52,315 nucleotides of DNA from Minisyncoccota bacterium (lineage in GTDB: Bacteria > Patescibacteriota > Minisyncoccia > Phycocordibacterales > UBA9973). A program made the translations under genes and the position numbers. The stretch lies in the NCBI GenBank assembly GCA_031972855.1, contig DALYDY010000005.1:1-52315 (forward strand). The letters are read 5' to 3'. Numbering within the stretch: the first letter of the stretch is position 1; the number at the start of each line of letters is the position of its first letter. Shown here in pieces: positions 1 through 8,715 of the stretch. Below the pieces are notes generated by a model. The model did no database searches, was not told the origin of the DNA, and worked only from the letters and a program-made list of their open reading frames with translations.

Positions 1-2
1 TG

Positions 3-2069
3 GGAAATACTTCATCTACATACACAGCTCAATTTCACAATTCAACAGGTACAAATAATGCTTTAGTGATTCGTGATGATGGAAGTATTGGTGTTGGAAC
101 AAGTACTCCGTCATTTCAATTTCATATGGTTGGGAGTGCTCCAAATATGACAATTCAAAGATATAGTGATTCTACAACACCTCCTGTTTTTCGTGGATGG
201 AAATCAAGAGGTACAACATCTGTTCCTAGTGCTGTTTTGTCTGGAGATGGTTTAGCGTCTTTTATTGCTGGCGGTTATGATGGATCTGGATCTTTTGATA
301 CTGCAAGTATTCAAATGATTGCTGAAGAAAATTTTACAGGCTCTTCTAATAGAGGTACTTATATTTCTTTTAATACAAATGCTGTTGGATCAGCAGCAGC
401 TTCTGGTGGCTATGAGCGTATGAGAATATCTTCTGCTGGAAATATTGGTATTGGCACAACATCACCCGCAACAACTCTTGATATATCTGGTGGTGTTCAA
501 ATCAAAAAAGTTGATACAAATACTTCTCTATCTATGTATGGTCTTAACAGTGGTTCATTTGGTTTTCAACAAGCTTTTTATAAATCACGACAAACTTCAG
601 GAGTTGATGCGATAGTTCAAAACAGTGACAGAACAATGGAAATACGCACTTATGGATATGATGGGTCAGTGTATCAAACTTCAACAAAAATTATGGCAGA
701 AGTTGATGGTGTAGCTACTCTAAACAGTGTCCCTGGAAGACTTACTTTTTATACTACAAAATTAGGAGAAACTACATATGCTGAACGTATGCGTGTAGAT
801 AATGCTGGTAATGTTGGAGTGGGAACAACAAATATTTTTGACAGACTTAGTGTTTCTGGATTAAATCAAACACTTGATGCTGGTAGGGGTCAGATAGGTG
901 TATATAGTAATGATGAAATGGCTATAGATAAAGGAGGTCAGATAGTATTAGGAGGTTCAGATACTACAGGAGGAATACCTGTTCGTAGTTTTGCTTCTAT
1001 TGCTGGAAGAAAATTAAATAGCACTTCTGGTGATCGTTCTGGGTATTTGCAATTATCAGTTCGTTCTGATTCTAGTGGAGATTTGACTGAATATATGCGT
1101 ATTGTAAGTGGTGGAAATGTAGGTATTGGCACAGTTACACCATCATCTCAGCTTCATGTTAAATCAGCTTCTGGTGTAGATAGTGCTATAATAATAGACA
1201 CAACTACAGCCGATATTGCTGGTTCTGATGCTTCTATATCTATTCGTGAAGCAGGTGTAGAAAAGTGGAAAATAAGAAATGTTGGTGATGATGATGATAG
1301 TCTTAAAATAGGAACATCTTCTAATAATTGGGTTAAATTAAAAAAAGATACTGGTAATTTTGGTATTGGAAATAGTATAAATCCAGCTTACAAACTTCAA
1401 GTAGGTGATGGCTCTGTAGTCGGCATCGTCTCCCGTTTCCAAAACTCCACCGGAACATGTGACATCAACCCAACAACAACATCACTATCCTGTAGTTCAG
1501 ACAGAACACTCAAAACAAACATAACAAACCTAAACAACACAATACTCAACCAAATCACTACACTCCAACCTGTAACATACACATGGATAAACGATAACAC
1601 TAACCAACAACAAACAGGATTCATAGCACAAGACGTAGAAGCTATCTTCCCATCTCTTGTATCTACTGACCCTACAACAAACCTCAAGTCACTAAACTAC
1701 ATAGGTCTCATCCCTTATGCTATAGAGGGGATTAGAGAACTAGATATTAAACTCAACCAACAAGCATCACTAGACACTACACTTCAAGGATCATTTGGAT
1801 ACCTAGCAAAAGAATTCCTGGCTAATGTTAATTCTTATATAAAAGATTTAACTGTTGGAAAATTAAAAGTAGACGGAGATGTCTGTGTTGACGATGTGTG
1901 TATTTCAAAAGAACAATTTAAACAAATGTTGATTGATCAACAAAACAGATCTGGACAAGTAAATAATGTTGTTCAAGAAAATAATCCTGAAATTATTCCA
2001 GATAATCAAAATAACGAAGAAGAACCACTTCCAGACAATCAAGAAATTTCTATACCTCCAATAGAATAA
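3..2069 (+). CDS. 5'-truncated large tail-fibre-like/surface protein with GNVGIGT repeats and a C-terminal peptidase S74 (intramolecular chaperone) domain
   Basis: Frame is open from the window edge (GNTSSTY...). Repeated GNxGIGTxxP motifs; S74 motifs SSDRTLKTNI, LQPVTYTW and GFIAQDVEAIFPSLV followed by a coiled-coil. Confidence 0.85.
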   Translation, partial: GNTSSTYTAQFHNSTGTNNALVIRDDGSIGVGTSTPSFQFHMVGSAPNMTIQRYSDSTTPPVFRGWKSRGTTSVPSAVLSGDGLASFIAGGYDGSGSFDTASIQMIAEENFTGSSNRGTYISFNTNAVGSAAASGGYERMRISSAGNIGIGTTSPATTLDISGGVQIKKVDTNTSLSMYGLNSGSFGFQQAFYKSRQTSGVDAIVQNSDRTMEIRTYGYDGSVYQTSTKIMAEVDGVATLNSVPGRLTFYTTKLGETTYAERMRVDNAGNVGVGTTNIFDRLSVSGLNQTLDAGRGQIGVYSNDEMAIDKGGQIVLGGSDTTGGIPVRSFASIAGRKLNSTSGDRSGYLQLSVRSDSSGDLTEYMRIVSGGNVGIGTVTPSSQLHVKSASGVDSAIIIDTTTADIAGSDASISIREAGVEKWKIRNVGDDDDSLKIGTSSNNWVKLKKDTGNFGIGNSINPAYKLQVGDGSVVGIVSRFQNSTGTCDINPTTTSLSCSSDRTLKTNITNLNNTILNQITTLQPVTYTWINDNTNQQQTGFIAQDVEAIFPSLVSTDPTTNLKSLNYIGLIPYAIEGIRELDIKLNQQASLDTTLQGSFGYLAKEFLANVNSYIKDLTVGKLKVDGDVCVDDVCISKEQFKQMLIDQQNRSGQVNNVVQENNPEIIPDNQNNEEEPLPDNQEISIPPIE

Positions 2070-2086
2070 TAAATTGATTTTAATTT

Positions 2087-2114
2087 AAAAACTGCTATAG
2101 TTATAGCGGTTTTT
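2087..2114 (+). terminator. Intrinsic terminator after the S74 protein
   Basis: Hairpin aaaaactgctatag/ttatagcggttttt followed by T-rich sequence. Confidence 0.65.
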
Positions 2115-2144
2115 AATTTTTCACAACTAAATAAAATAATAAAC

Positions 2145-2447
2145 ATGGAAAGCGTTGCGCAAGAATCACCCAAGTTAACTTCTGAAAATTTTTCTTTTGA
2201 AAACTTAATGAAGTGTTTTGATGAAAGAAAAATAAAATATACACATAATGGAAATGTTTTTATTTCTCATCAAGAAGGAATTAGTTTCAAAGGTAAAAAA
2301 TATTCACTAAAGTTAACTGTTAGAATTATTGATAAAAAATTCACAGGAACAGTTGATGGTTGTGGTTCCAGAATACCTCAAGCGCGTGCTATTGAAACTG
2401 TAGAAGCCTTTTTCAAAAGGTTAGAGTCTACAAAAAAGAGTGAGTAA
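2145..2447 (+). CDS. Hypothetical protein (100 aa)
   Basis: Stand-alone ORF with ATG start, followed by the hairpin aaccttatat/atataaggtt; no recognised motif. Confidence 0.6.
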   Translation: MESVAQESPKLTSENFSFENLMKCFDERKIKYTHNGNVFISHQEGISFKGKKYSLKLTVRIIDKKFTGTVDGCGSRIPQARAIETVEAFFKRLESTKKSE

Positions 2448-2505
2448 CCTTATATTTATATAAGGTTTTTATTTTATCCGAACATTTTAAAAATGTTTTA
2501 AGGTT

Positions 2506-2534
2506 TTGCAAAAAATAGATTGATAGGGTAGTAT
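2506..2534 (+). promoter_or_regulatory. Sigma70-type promoter of the ileS T-box leader
   Basis: TTGCAA (2506-2511), 17-nt spacer, TAGTAT (2529-2534), ~10 nt before the T-box start. Confidence 0.55.
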
Positions 2535-2544
2535 AGATATACAA

Positions 2545-2789
2545 GCAATGAAGGAGATATCACTCCGGAGCTTTGGGAAGAACCATTAGACTACGTTCAT
2601 GGCGAGCCTTATGCAGTAGAACCCTCGACCGACTGAAAAGTTTAGGTCAAAAAATGAGACCCTAAAACAATTTTTATTAAAAACTGTTCGGGTAAAACTA
2701 AGGTGGTACCGCGAATTATTTATATACAAAAAATAAATCGCCCTTGGAATAATAATCAGAAATGATTGTTATTCGAGGGCGGTTTTTTT
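2545..2789 (+). promoter_or_regulatory. Ile T-box riboswitch, ultrashort Stem I type, with antiterminator and terminator
   Basis: GGAG-auAUCa-CUCC hairpin with Ile specifier AUC (2559-2561); GGGAAGAACC...CAGUAGAACC Stem II motif; T-box AAGGTGGTACCGCG (2700-2713); terminator 2739-2781 plus T7; located upstream of ileS. Confidence 0.9.
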
Positions 2790-2795
2790 GGTTGA

Positions 2796-2987
2796 CTATG
2801 TTTTATCTTTAAATATAAATATAAAATATATAAGGTAAAGTGGCCAAAGTAGGAATGCAATAATTTTTGTCACACTACCTAAAGGTTCTTTTGATGGAGT
2901 TTCTATTTCTCCAACAATATTTATTGTTAAACCAAATCCTGTATAACAAATTCCTATTAAGATTAATAATAAAGTTTTTATTTCCAT
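2796..2987 (-). CDS. Small two-TM membrane protein lying antisense inside the ileS leader
   Basis: 63 aa with two hydrophobic segments and an LLWP motif; preceded by a perfect minus-strand promoter. Confidence 0.65.
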   Translation of the reverse strand: MEIKTLLLILIGICYTGFGLTINIVGEIETPSKEPLGSVTKIIAFLLWPLYLIYFIFIFKDKT

Positions 2988-3012
2988 GTCTATTTAATTT
3001 TTTATTAACTAT

Positions 3013-3041
3013 ATTATATACCAATTAACATAATCTGTCAA
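3013..3041 (-). promoter_or_regulatory. Consensus sigma70 promoter, antisense to ileS
   Basis: Minus strand TTGACA (3041-3036), 17-nt spacer, TATAAT (3018-3013). Confidence 0.75.
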
Positions 3042-3042
3042 T

Positions 3043-6000
3043 ATGTCTCAAAATCAAGAAAATAAAAGTAAATCTGCAAACGCACTTCCGCAAGTTAGAG
3101 AAGGCTCTAACGCGGCACAGCGCGAAGAAGAAGTTTTAAAATTCTGGAAAGAAAATCAGATTTTTGAAAAGTCTGTAGAGAACCCTGCTGGTAGTAAGCC
3201 TCGCGCTGACTACGTATTTTATGACGGACCACCATTTGGTACAGGACTTCCACACTACGGACACTTGCTTGCAGGTACTATCAAAGATGCTTTTCCACGC
3301 TATCACACAATGAGAGGTGAGTCTGTTCGTCGTACTTGGGGATGGGATTGTCATGGTCTTCCTGTGGAGAATCTTATTGAAAAGAAACTCGGACTTAATA
3401 CTAAGAAAGATATTGAAGAATACGGTGTAGATAAATTCAACACAGAAGCTTGTAATAGTGTTCTTGAATTTAGTGATGATTGGAAAAAGATTATTCCGAT
3501 GACTGGACGCTTTGTGGATATGGAGCAGGACTACAAAACAATGGACGCTACATATACAGAGAGTATTTGGTGGATATTTTCTGAACTCGACAAGAAAGGA
3601 TTGATCTATCAAGGATATAAACCAATGCATCTATGTCCACGCTGTGAGACAACACTTTCAAACTTTGAAGTGACTCAAGGATACAAAGACATTACAGATA
3701 TTTCTGTATATGTAAAAATGCAAATTAAGAATGAAAATACATACTTCTTGGCTTGGACTACAACACCTTGGACTCTTCCTGGGAATGTTGCACTCGCTGT
3801 TGGGAAAGATATTACATATGTATATATAAAAATAAAAGATACAGACGTAGGTGACGCTCAATTTATTCTTGCAAAAGATAGAATTGAAAATGTTCTAAAA
3901 GGAAAAGAGTACGAAATTATAAAAGAAGTGAAAGGTTCTGATCTTGTTGGTATAGCTTACGATGCGCCTTTTGATTATTACCAAAAAGATAACAATCTAG
4001 AAAATCATGAAAGAGGTTGGAAGGTGTGCGCGGGAGAATTTGTAACTTTGGATGCTGGTACTGGTATTGTGCATATTGCACCAGCTTTTGGTGAAGACGA
4101 TATGAAGCTTGGTCAATTAGAAAAGCTTCCGTTCGTTCAACACGTGAAGACTGACGGACACTTCAAAGAAGAGGTAACTCATTTTGCTGGGATGCAAGTG
4201 AAGCCAAAAGATAATCACCAAGCGACAGATATTGAAGTTATAAAATATCTCGCACACAATCATCATCTTTTTGAAAAGGAAAAAATAATTCACTCATATC
4301 CACACTGCTGGCGTTGTGATACTCCACTTCTAAACTACGCTTCAACATCGTGGTTTGTTGAGACAACAAAATTGAAAGATAAGCTTATAGCTGCAAACCA
4401 AGAAGTGACTTGGATTCCAGGACACGTGAAGGATGGACGTTTTGGAAATTGGCTTGAGAATGTTCGTGATTGGGCTATATCTCGTAGTCGTTATTGGGGA
4501 GCTCCACTACCTGTATGGTTTGGTGAAGAATCAAATAAAAAGTACGTTATAGAGAGTGTTGAAGAACTAAAGAAGTACACAAAGAAGTCAGGGAATAAAT
4601 ATTTCGTTATGAGGCATGGAGAGGGCGAGCATAATGTCCTTGATATGTGTAGTTCAAATAAAGACAACCCTCATCATCTTACAGACTTGGGAATTGAACA
4701 TGTTAAAACAAGTTCAGAATTTCTAAAAGATAAAAACATTGATATTATTATTCGTTCTCCATTTGTTCGCACAAAAGAGACAACTAAAATAATTTGTGAC
4801 GAGCTTAGTTTCAATGAAGATAATGTTATAGAAGATGAGCGTATAGCAGAATTTAATTTTGGTGATTTCAATCTGCGCCCATTTGAAGAATATTTGAGTT
4901 ATAGACAAGGTCATGAATATGACATGGATTATGTTATCCTGGGAGGAGAAAGTCTTCAGCAAGCGAAGAATCGCTTTGCAGAATTCTTGTATGATATAGA
5001 AAAAAGATTTGAAGGAAAAAATATTCTTGTAGTAACTCATGGTATTGGTTTTCAAGTAATACCTTCTATAATTTCTGGTGCAACAAAAGAAGTTTCAGGA
5101 CATATTTTAAGAAATAAATTTAAGAAAATTCCAGATGCTTGTATTGAAGAATTTGAATTCGTTCCTCTCTCTCATAATTCTGATTACGAACTCGATCTAC
5201 ATCTACCATACATAGATAGAATAGAACTTGTAGATAATGGAGAGAAGCTTATTCGTACAAAAGAAGTGTTTGACTGCTGGTTTGAATCAGGAGCAATGCC
5301 TTATGCTTCAATCCACTATCCATTTGAGAATAAAGAATTATTTGAAACACAATTCCCAGCAGACTTTATTGCAGAGGGAATGGATCAAACTCGTGGATGG
5401 TTCTACAGTCTTCTAATTCTAGGTGTAGCACTCTTCGATAAGAGTCCTTATAAGAGAGTGGTAGTAAATGGAATTATACTTGCAGAGGATGGACAGAAAA
5501 TGTCTAAGAAGCTTAAGAATTATCCAGACGTTACTGAGGTCTTGGAGAAATATGGAGCAGACGCGCTTCGTTACTATATTCTTTCATCACCTGCTGTGAA
5601 GGGGGAAGAGCTTCGTTTTTCTGAAAAAGATTTAGCACAAATATCAAGTCGTGTTGTAGGTAGACTTCTCAATGTATTTTCTTTCTATGAACTTTATAAG
5701 AAAGATGATATTGATTTAGAAATACAAAGTACTAATGTGCTTGATCAATGGATACTGGCGCGTTCATATCAGCTTCTTTCTGAAATAGAAAGTGGAATGG
5801 AAATATATGAATTAGATAAAGCTGTGCGTCCGATAGATTTGTTTGTAGATGATCTATCTACATGGTATCTTCGTCGTTCACGTGACAGACTAAAAGATGG
5901 AGATGGTGAAGCTGTTGCTACTCTCTATACAGTTCTCAAAACTCTCTCTCAAATGATTGCACCGTTCGTGCCATTTATCTCTGAGTATATTTGGTTGAGA

Positions 6001-6537
6001 TTGAAATCTGAAAATTCAGCAGAATCAGTACATCTGTCAGCGTGGCCAATAAAAGGCACTGTTGATGAAAAATTAATTGAAGAAATGGTAAGTGTTCGCG
6101 AAATAGTAACTGTAGGTCTAAAAGAAAGACAAAAGGTGAATATTCCTGTAAGACAGCCACTCTCTAAAATAAAAATTAAAACTGAAAATCTAAAGAATGA
6201 ATATCAAGAAATCATAAAAGATGAGCTTAATATAAAAGAAATTTGTATTGAAAAAGATATTGAAAATGATATAGAGTTAGATATAGAAATTACTCCCGAA
6301 CTCAAAAAAGAGGGAATGTATCGTGAACTCGTTCGCTCTATTCAAGATCTAAGAAAAGAAAAAGGCTTAAATCCTTCAGATAAAATAAATCTCTTATTGA
6401 GTGAGAATTCTAAAGTAATTGTAAATGAGTATCTGGAAGATTTACAAAAAACAGTTGGAGCAGAAAGTGTAGAATTCAATGCAATAGAAGGTAAAGAAAT
6501 TAAGATTGACGAAGAAATATATTTTATAAATTTATAA
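3043..6537 (+). CDS. ileS: Isoleucine--tRNA ligase (IleRS2 type) with an inserted histidine-phosphatase domain
   Basis: FYDGPPF...PHYGH, GWDCHGLP, WTTTPWTLP, RDWAISRSRYWG, DQTRGWFY and KMSKK motifs; insert carries RHG, SPFVRT and VTHG. Confidence 0.97.
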   Translation: MSQNQENKSKSANALPQVREGSNAAQREEEVLKFWKENQIFEKSVENPAGSKPRADYVFYDGPPFGTGLPHYGHLLAGTIKDAFPRYHTMRGESVRRTWGWDCHGLPVENLIEKKLGLNTKKDIEEYGVDKFNTEACNSVLEFSDDWKKIIPMTGRFVDMEQDYKTMDATYTESIWWIFSELDKKGLIYQGYKPMHLCPRCETTLSNFEVTQGYKDITDISVYVKMQIKNENTYFLAWTTTPWTLPGNVALAVGKDITYVYIKIKDTDVGDAQFILAKDRIENVLKGKEYEIIKEVKGSDLVGIAYDAPFDYYQKDNNLENHERGWKVCAGEFVTLDAGTGIVHIAPAFGEDDMKLGQLEKLPFVQHVKTDGHFKEEVTHFAGMQVKPKDNHQATDIEVIKYLAHNHHLFEKEKIIHSYPHCWRCDTPLLNYASTSWFVETTKLKDKLIAANQEVTWIPGHVKDGRFGNWLENVRDWAISRSRYWGAPLPVWFGEESNKKYVIESVEELKKYTKKSGNKYFVMRHGEGEHNVLDMCSSNKDNPHHLTDLGIEHVKTSSEFLKDKNIDIIIRSPFVRTKETTKIICDELSFNEDNVIEDERIAEFNFGDFNLRPFEEYLSYRQGHEYDMDYVILGGESLQQAKNRFAEFLYDIEKRFEGKNILVVTHGIGFQVIPSIISGATKEVSGHILRNKFKKIPDACIEEFEFVPLSHNSDYELDLHLPYIDRIELVDNGEKLIRTKEVFDCWFESGAMPYASIHYPFENKELFETQFPADFIAEGMDQTRGWFYSLLILGVALFDKSPYKRVVVNGIILAEDGQKMSKKLKNYPDVTEVLEKYGADALRYYILSSPAVKGEELRFSEKDLAQISSRVVGRLLNVFSFYELYKKDDIDLEIQSTNVLDQWILARSYQLLSEIESGMEIYELDKAVRPIDLFVDDLSTWYLRRSRDRLKDGDGEAVATLYTVLKTLSQMIAPFVPFISEYIWLRLKSENSAESVHLSAWPIKGTVDEKLIEEMVSVREIVTVGLKERQKVNIPVRQPLSKIKIKTENLKNEYQEIIKDELNIKEICIEKDIENDIELDIEITPELKKEGMYRELVRSIQDLRKEKGLNPSDKINLLLSENSKVIVNEYLEDLQKTVGAESVEFNAIEGKEIKIDEEIYFINL

Positions 6538-6544
6538 AATAATA

Positions 6545-6569
6545 AAAATCACCCTTTGGGTGATTTTTT
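6545..6569. terminator. Bidirectional terminator between ileS and the convergent ORF
   Basis: aaaatcaccc-ttt-gggtgatttttt. Confidence 0.7.
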
Positions 6570-6941
6570 GTTATTTGCATAACCTCTCTTTGATAAATTA
6601 AAAGGTAAACAAAAAACTTCAATTAATGTTTTTTTCATGTCTTTTTCAGAAAACTCTTTTAGGTAATGACTTGTTATTACTTCAACCAATTCTTTTGCAA
6701 CAGTATCCATAACCTTCTTTGTTCTTTTTGGTTTCAAATCATGAATAACTTCCACAATAATATTGTTATCATATGGTTCTTGTGTTTGAACAAAAACTAA
6801 TGATATTTGTTTTTCTGATTTTAATTCCAAAGATTTATTATCTAAGAAAATTTTTTTAATACAATCTTTTAGATCTAAATCTCCTCGAACACCACAAGTG
6901 TTCTCAAATTTCTTGTGTTTGTAGATTTTTATTAGTGGCAT
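6549..6941 (-). CDS. Hypothetical protein, possible tautomerase-superfamily member (start MPLIKIY)
   Basis: An ATG at 6941 gives an N-terminal Pro; two beta-alpha-beta-like repeats; KPKRTKKVMDTVAKEL resembles the second tautomerase helix. Confidence 0.45.
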   Translation of the reverse strand: MPLIKIYKHKKFENTCGVRGDLDLKDCIKKIFLDNKSLELKSEKQISLVFVQTQEPYDNNIIVEVIHDLKPKRTKKVMDTVAKELVEVITSHYLKEFSEKDMKKTLIEVFCLPFNLSKRGYANNKKSPKG

Positions 6942-7015
6942 ATTTGTACTTATTTGTATGAACAATAGAGAATTTAAGATGTTTTGTCAAATAAATTATC
7001 TGCTATACTAATGAA

Positions 7016-8275
7016 ATGATCGATCGCTTAAAACACCAAACAATTCAATTAGAAAACAATATTATAGTCCATTATCTTGCTGACACTGACGCAGGATATG
7101 GTGAAGCGCGGATAATTGTACCTTTTGGACACGCTTACAATAGAGGAGATATTCCACAGGGCTCATTTCACTTCTTAGAACACATGGTTCTGAATCGTTC
7201 AAAACGTTATCCAGAAAAAGATGCTTTTGAGAAATTTGTTGCTGACAATGGTGGATATAGAAATGGTGGTACTGGTCTCGATCTGACATCGTATGAAATA
7301 TCTATTCCAACAGAAACTTTTGATGAAGCATTCAAAGGTCTTGTAAGTCACGTATTTGAACCTATTTTTACAGAAGAAGATTTGGAAAGTCATAAGCAAA
7401 TAGTTCGAAATGAACGTATTCGCTCAACACCGTTTTATCCAGGGAATACAGAACTTGGAGAATATATTAAAAAATATTGGCTTGATGTTGAAGAAGTTTC
7501 ACTTAATCAAAAATTTGGAAGTGATGAAGATTTAAAAAATTTTTCAATTCCATTTTTAGAAAAAATACATAAATACTATTTTACAAAACCAATTACTGTA
7601 ATTGTGGGAGGAACTATTAATATTGATGAAGTTTTGAATACTTTAAAAAATATTTCTATAAATATAGAAGAAGAAAAACTCCCTATTTCTGTAAAACCTA
7701 TCTCTATAGCAAATAAAGAATTTCATGAAAAAGGTTTTAAAGAAGTTGAGAGATATGAATATAGATGTGCTTATTTGATAGATGAGTATTCTCATGACTT
7801 TAATTTTGGTTTAATGTTTTTGAAAGGGTATTTATTAAATGTTGTGGGGCCTATTTATAAATGGCTTCGTGATGAGAAATCTTGGGTATATGAAGTTAAT
7901 GCTATTTCTTTTTCTTCTAATAATTCAAATAAAACATTTTTTGGAATAAAAGCCCCTTTATCTGAAAGATACCAAGTTGATATTGTCCGCACGGAATTAG
8001 ATAAAAGAATTATTGAGGGATTGAGTGATAATGAACGAATCGGAAGATATTTTGAAACACTTATAAAAAAAGAAATTTTTATAAATGAAACAGTAAGTGA
8101 TAGAGTGGAAACTTTGGAAAGTCGTTATTGGGATTACAAAAAAACTTACACCGGAGAAGATTGGCTAAAAGTCGTTGAAAAATACAGACAAGAAAAAGCA
8201 CTTCTTGATCTATATAATTACATAAAAGAAAAAGGGGAGTTCACAGAGTTCTTGGCAAAACCTTTGGAAAAATAA
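7016..8275 (+). CDS. M16 (insulinase/pitrilysin) family zinc peptidase
   Basis: HFLEH (HxxEH) motif, downstream NGGT and E-R pattern, ~420 aa two-domain size. Confidence 0.9.
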   Translation: MIDRLKHQTIQLENNIIVHYLADTDAGYGEARIIVPFGHAYNRGDIPQGSFHFLEHMVLNRSKRYPEKDAFEKFVADNGGYRNGGTGLDLTSYEISIPTETFDEAFKGLVSHVFEPIFTEEDLESHKQIVRNERIRSTPFYPGNTELGEYIKKYWLDVEEVSLNQKFGSDEDLKNFSIPFLEKIHKYYFTKPITVIVGGTINIDEVLNTLKNISINIEEEKLPISVKPISIANKEFHEKGFKEVERYEYRCAYLIDEYSHDFNFGLMFLKGYLLNVVGPIYKWLRDEKSWVYEVNAISFSSNNSNKTFFGIKAPLSERYQVDIVRTELDKRIIEGLSDNERIGRYFETLIKKEIFINETVSDRVETLESRYWDYKKTYTGEDWLKVVEKYRQEKALLDLYNYIKEKGEFTEFLAKPLEK

Positions 8276-8281
8276 TTATAT

Positions 8282-8671
8282 ATGAAAAAATTCCTTATTA
8301 ATATTATGGTACGTCTAAAGAAAATATTTCACGTTAAGACATATATTATCGAATATGTGTTTGTCGGAATAATTCTCTCTACTATCGCACTCATATCTGG
8401 AAAGGGAATAGTTGAATGGGTTGGCGTACTTGCTGTGCTTATTAATTTTGGTCACACACAAATTGCAGATAGATTGAAAGAAAAAGAAGAAAAGAGATTC
8501 CATAATAATGAAGTTGTAAGTGTGGACTGTTATTGGAAACTTAATTATTACTTTTATGCAAAAGAACTTTGTTGGTTTCTATACTTTTTCTTGATAGGAG
8601 CATGGTCAGCACTTGCAGGTGTCTTCATTTTCCTACTATATCCGCTATGGAGAAAAACTTGGAGAAAATAA
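8282..8671 (+). CDS. Hypothetical membrane protein (3-4 TM)
   Basis: Hydrophobic segments; follows the M16 gene by 6 nt; downstream hairpin cacccc/ggggtg. Confidence 0.7.
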   Translation: MKKFLINIMVRLKKIFHVKTYIIEYVFVGIILSTIALISGKGIVEWVGVLAVLINFGHTQIADRLKEKEEKRFHNNEVVSVDCYWKLNYYFYAKELCWFLYFFLIGAWSALAGVFIFLLYPLWRKTWRK

Positions 8672-8715
8672 AAAAACACCCCTGTGGTTAAGGGGTGTGT
8701 GAGAATGTTGAAAAG

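Noticed and set aside
1419-1820. AAC-rich stretch as a diversity-generating retroelement template
   Set aside because: No reverse transcriptase and no second copy in the window; kept only as a testable alternative
3-2069. Prophage
   Set aside because: No integrase, terminase, portal or capsid genes; neighbours are housekeeping or orphan genes
3023-3050. dif-like site (TTATGTTAATT resembles a XerD arm)
   Set aside because: The XerC arm does not match at the 6-bp spacing; the sequence is better explained as the spacer of the antisense promoter
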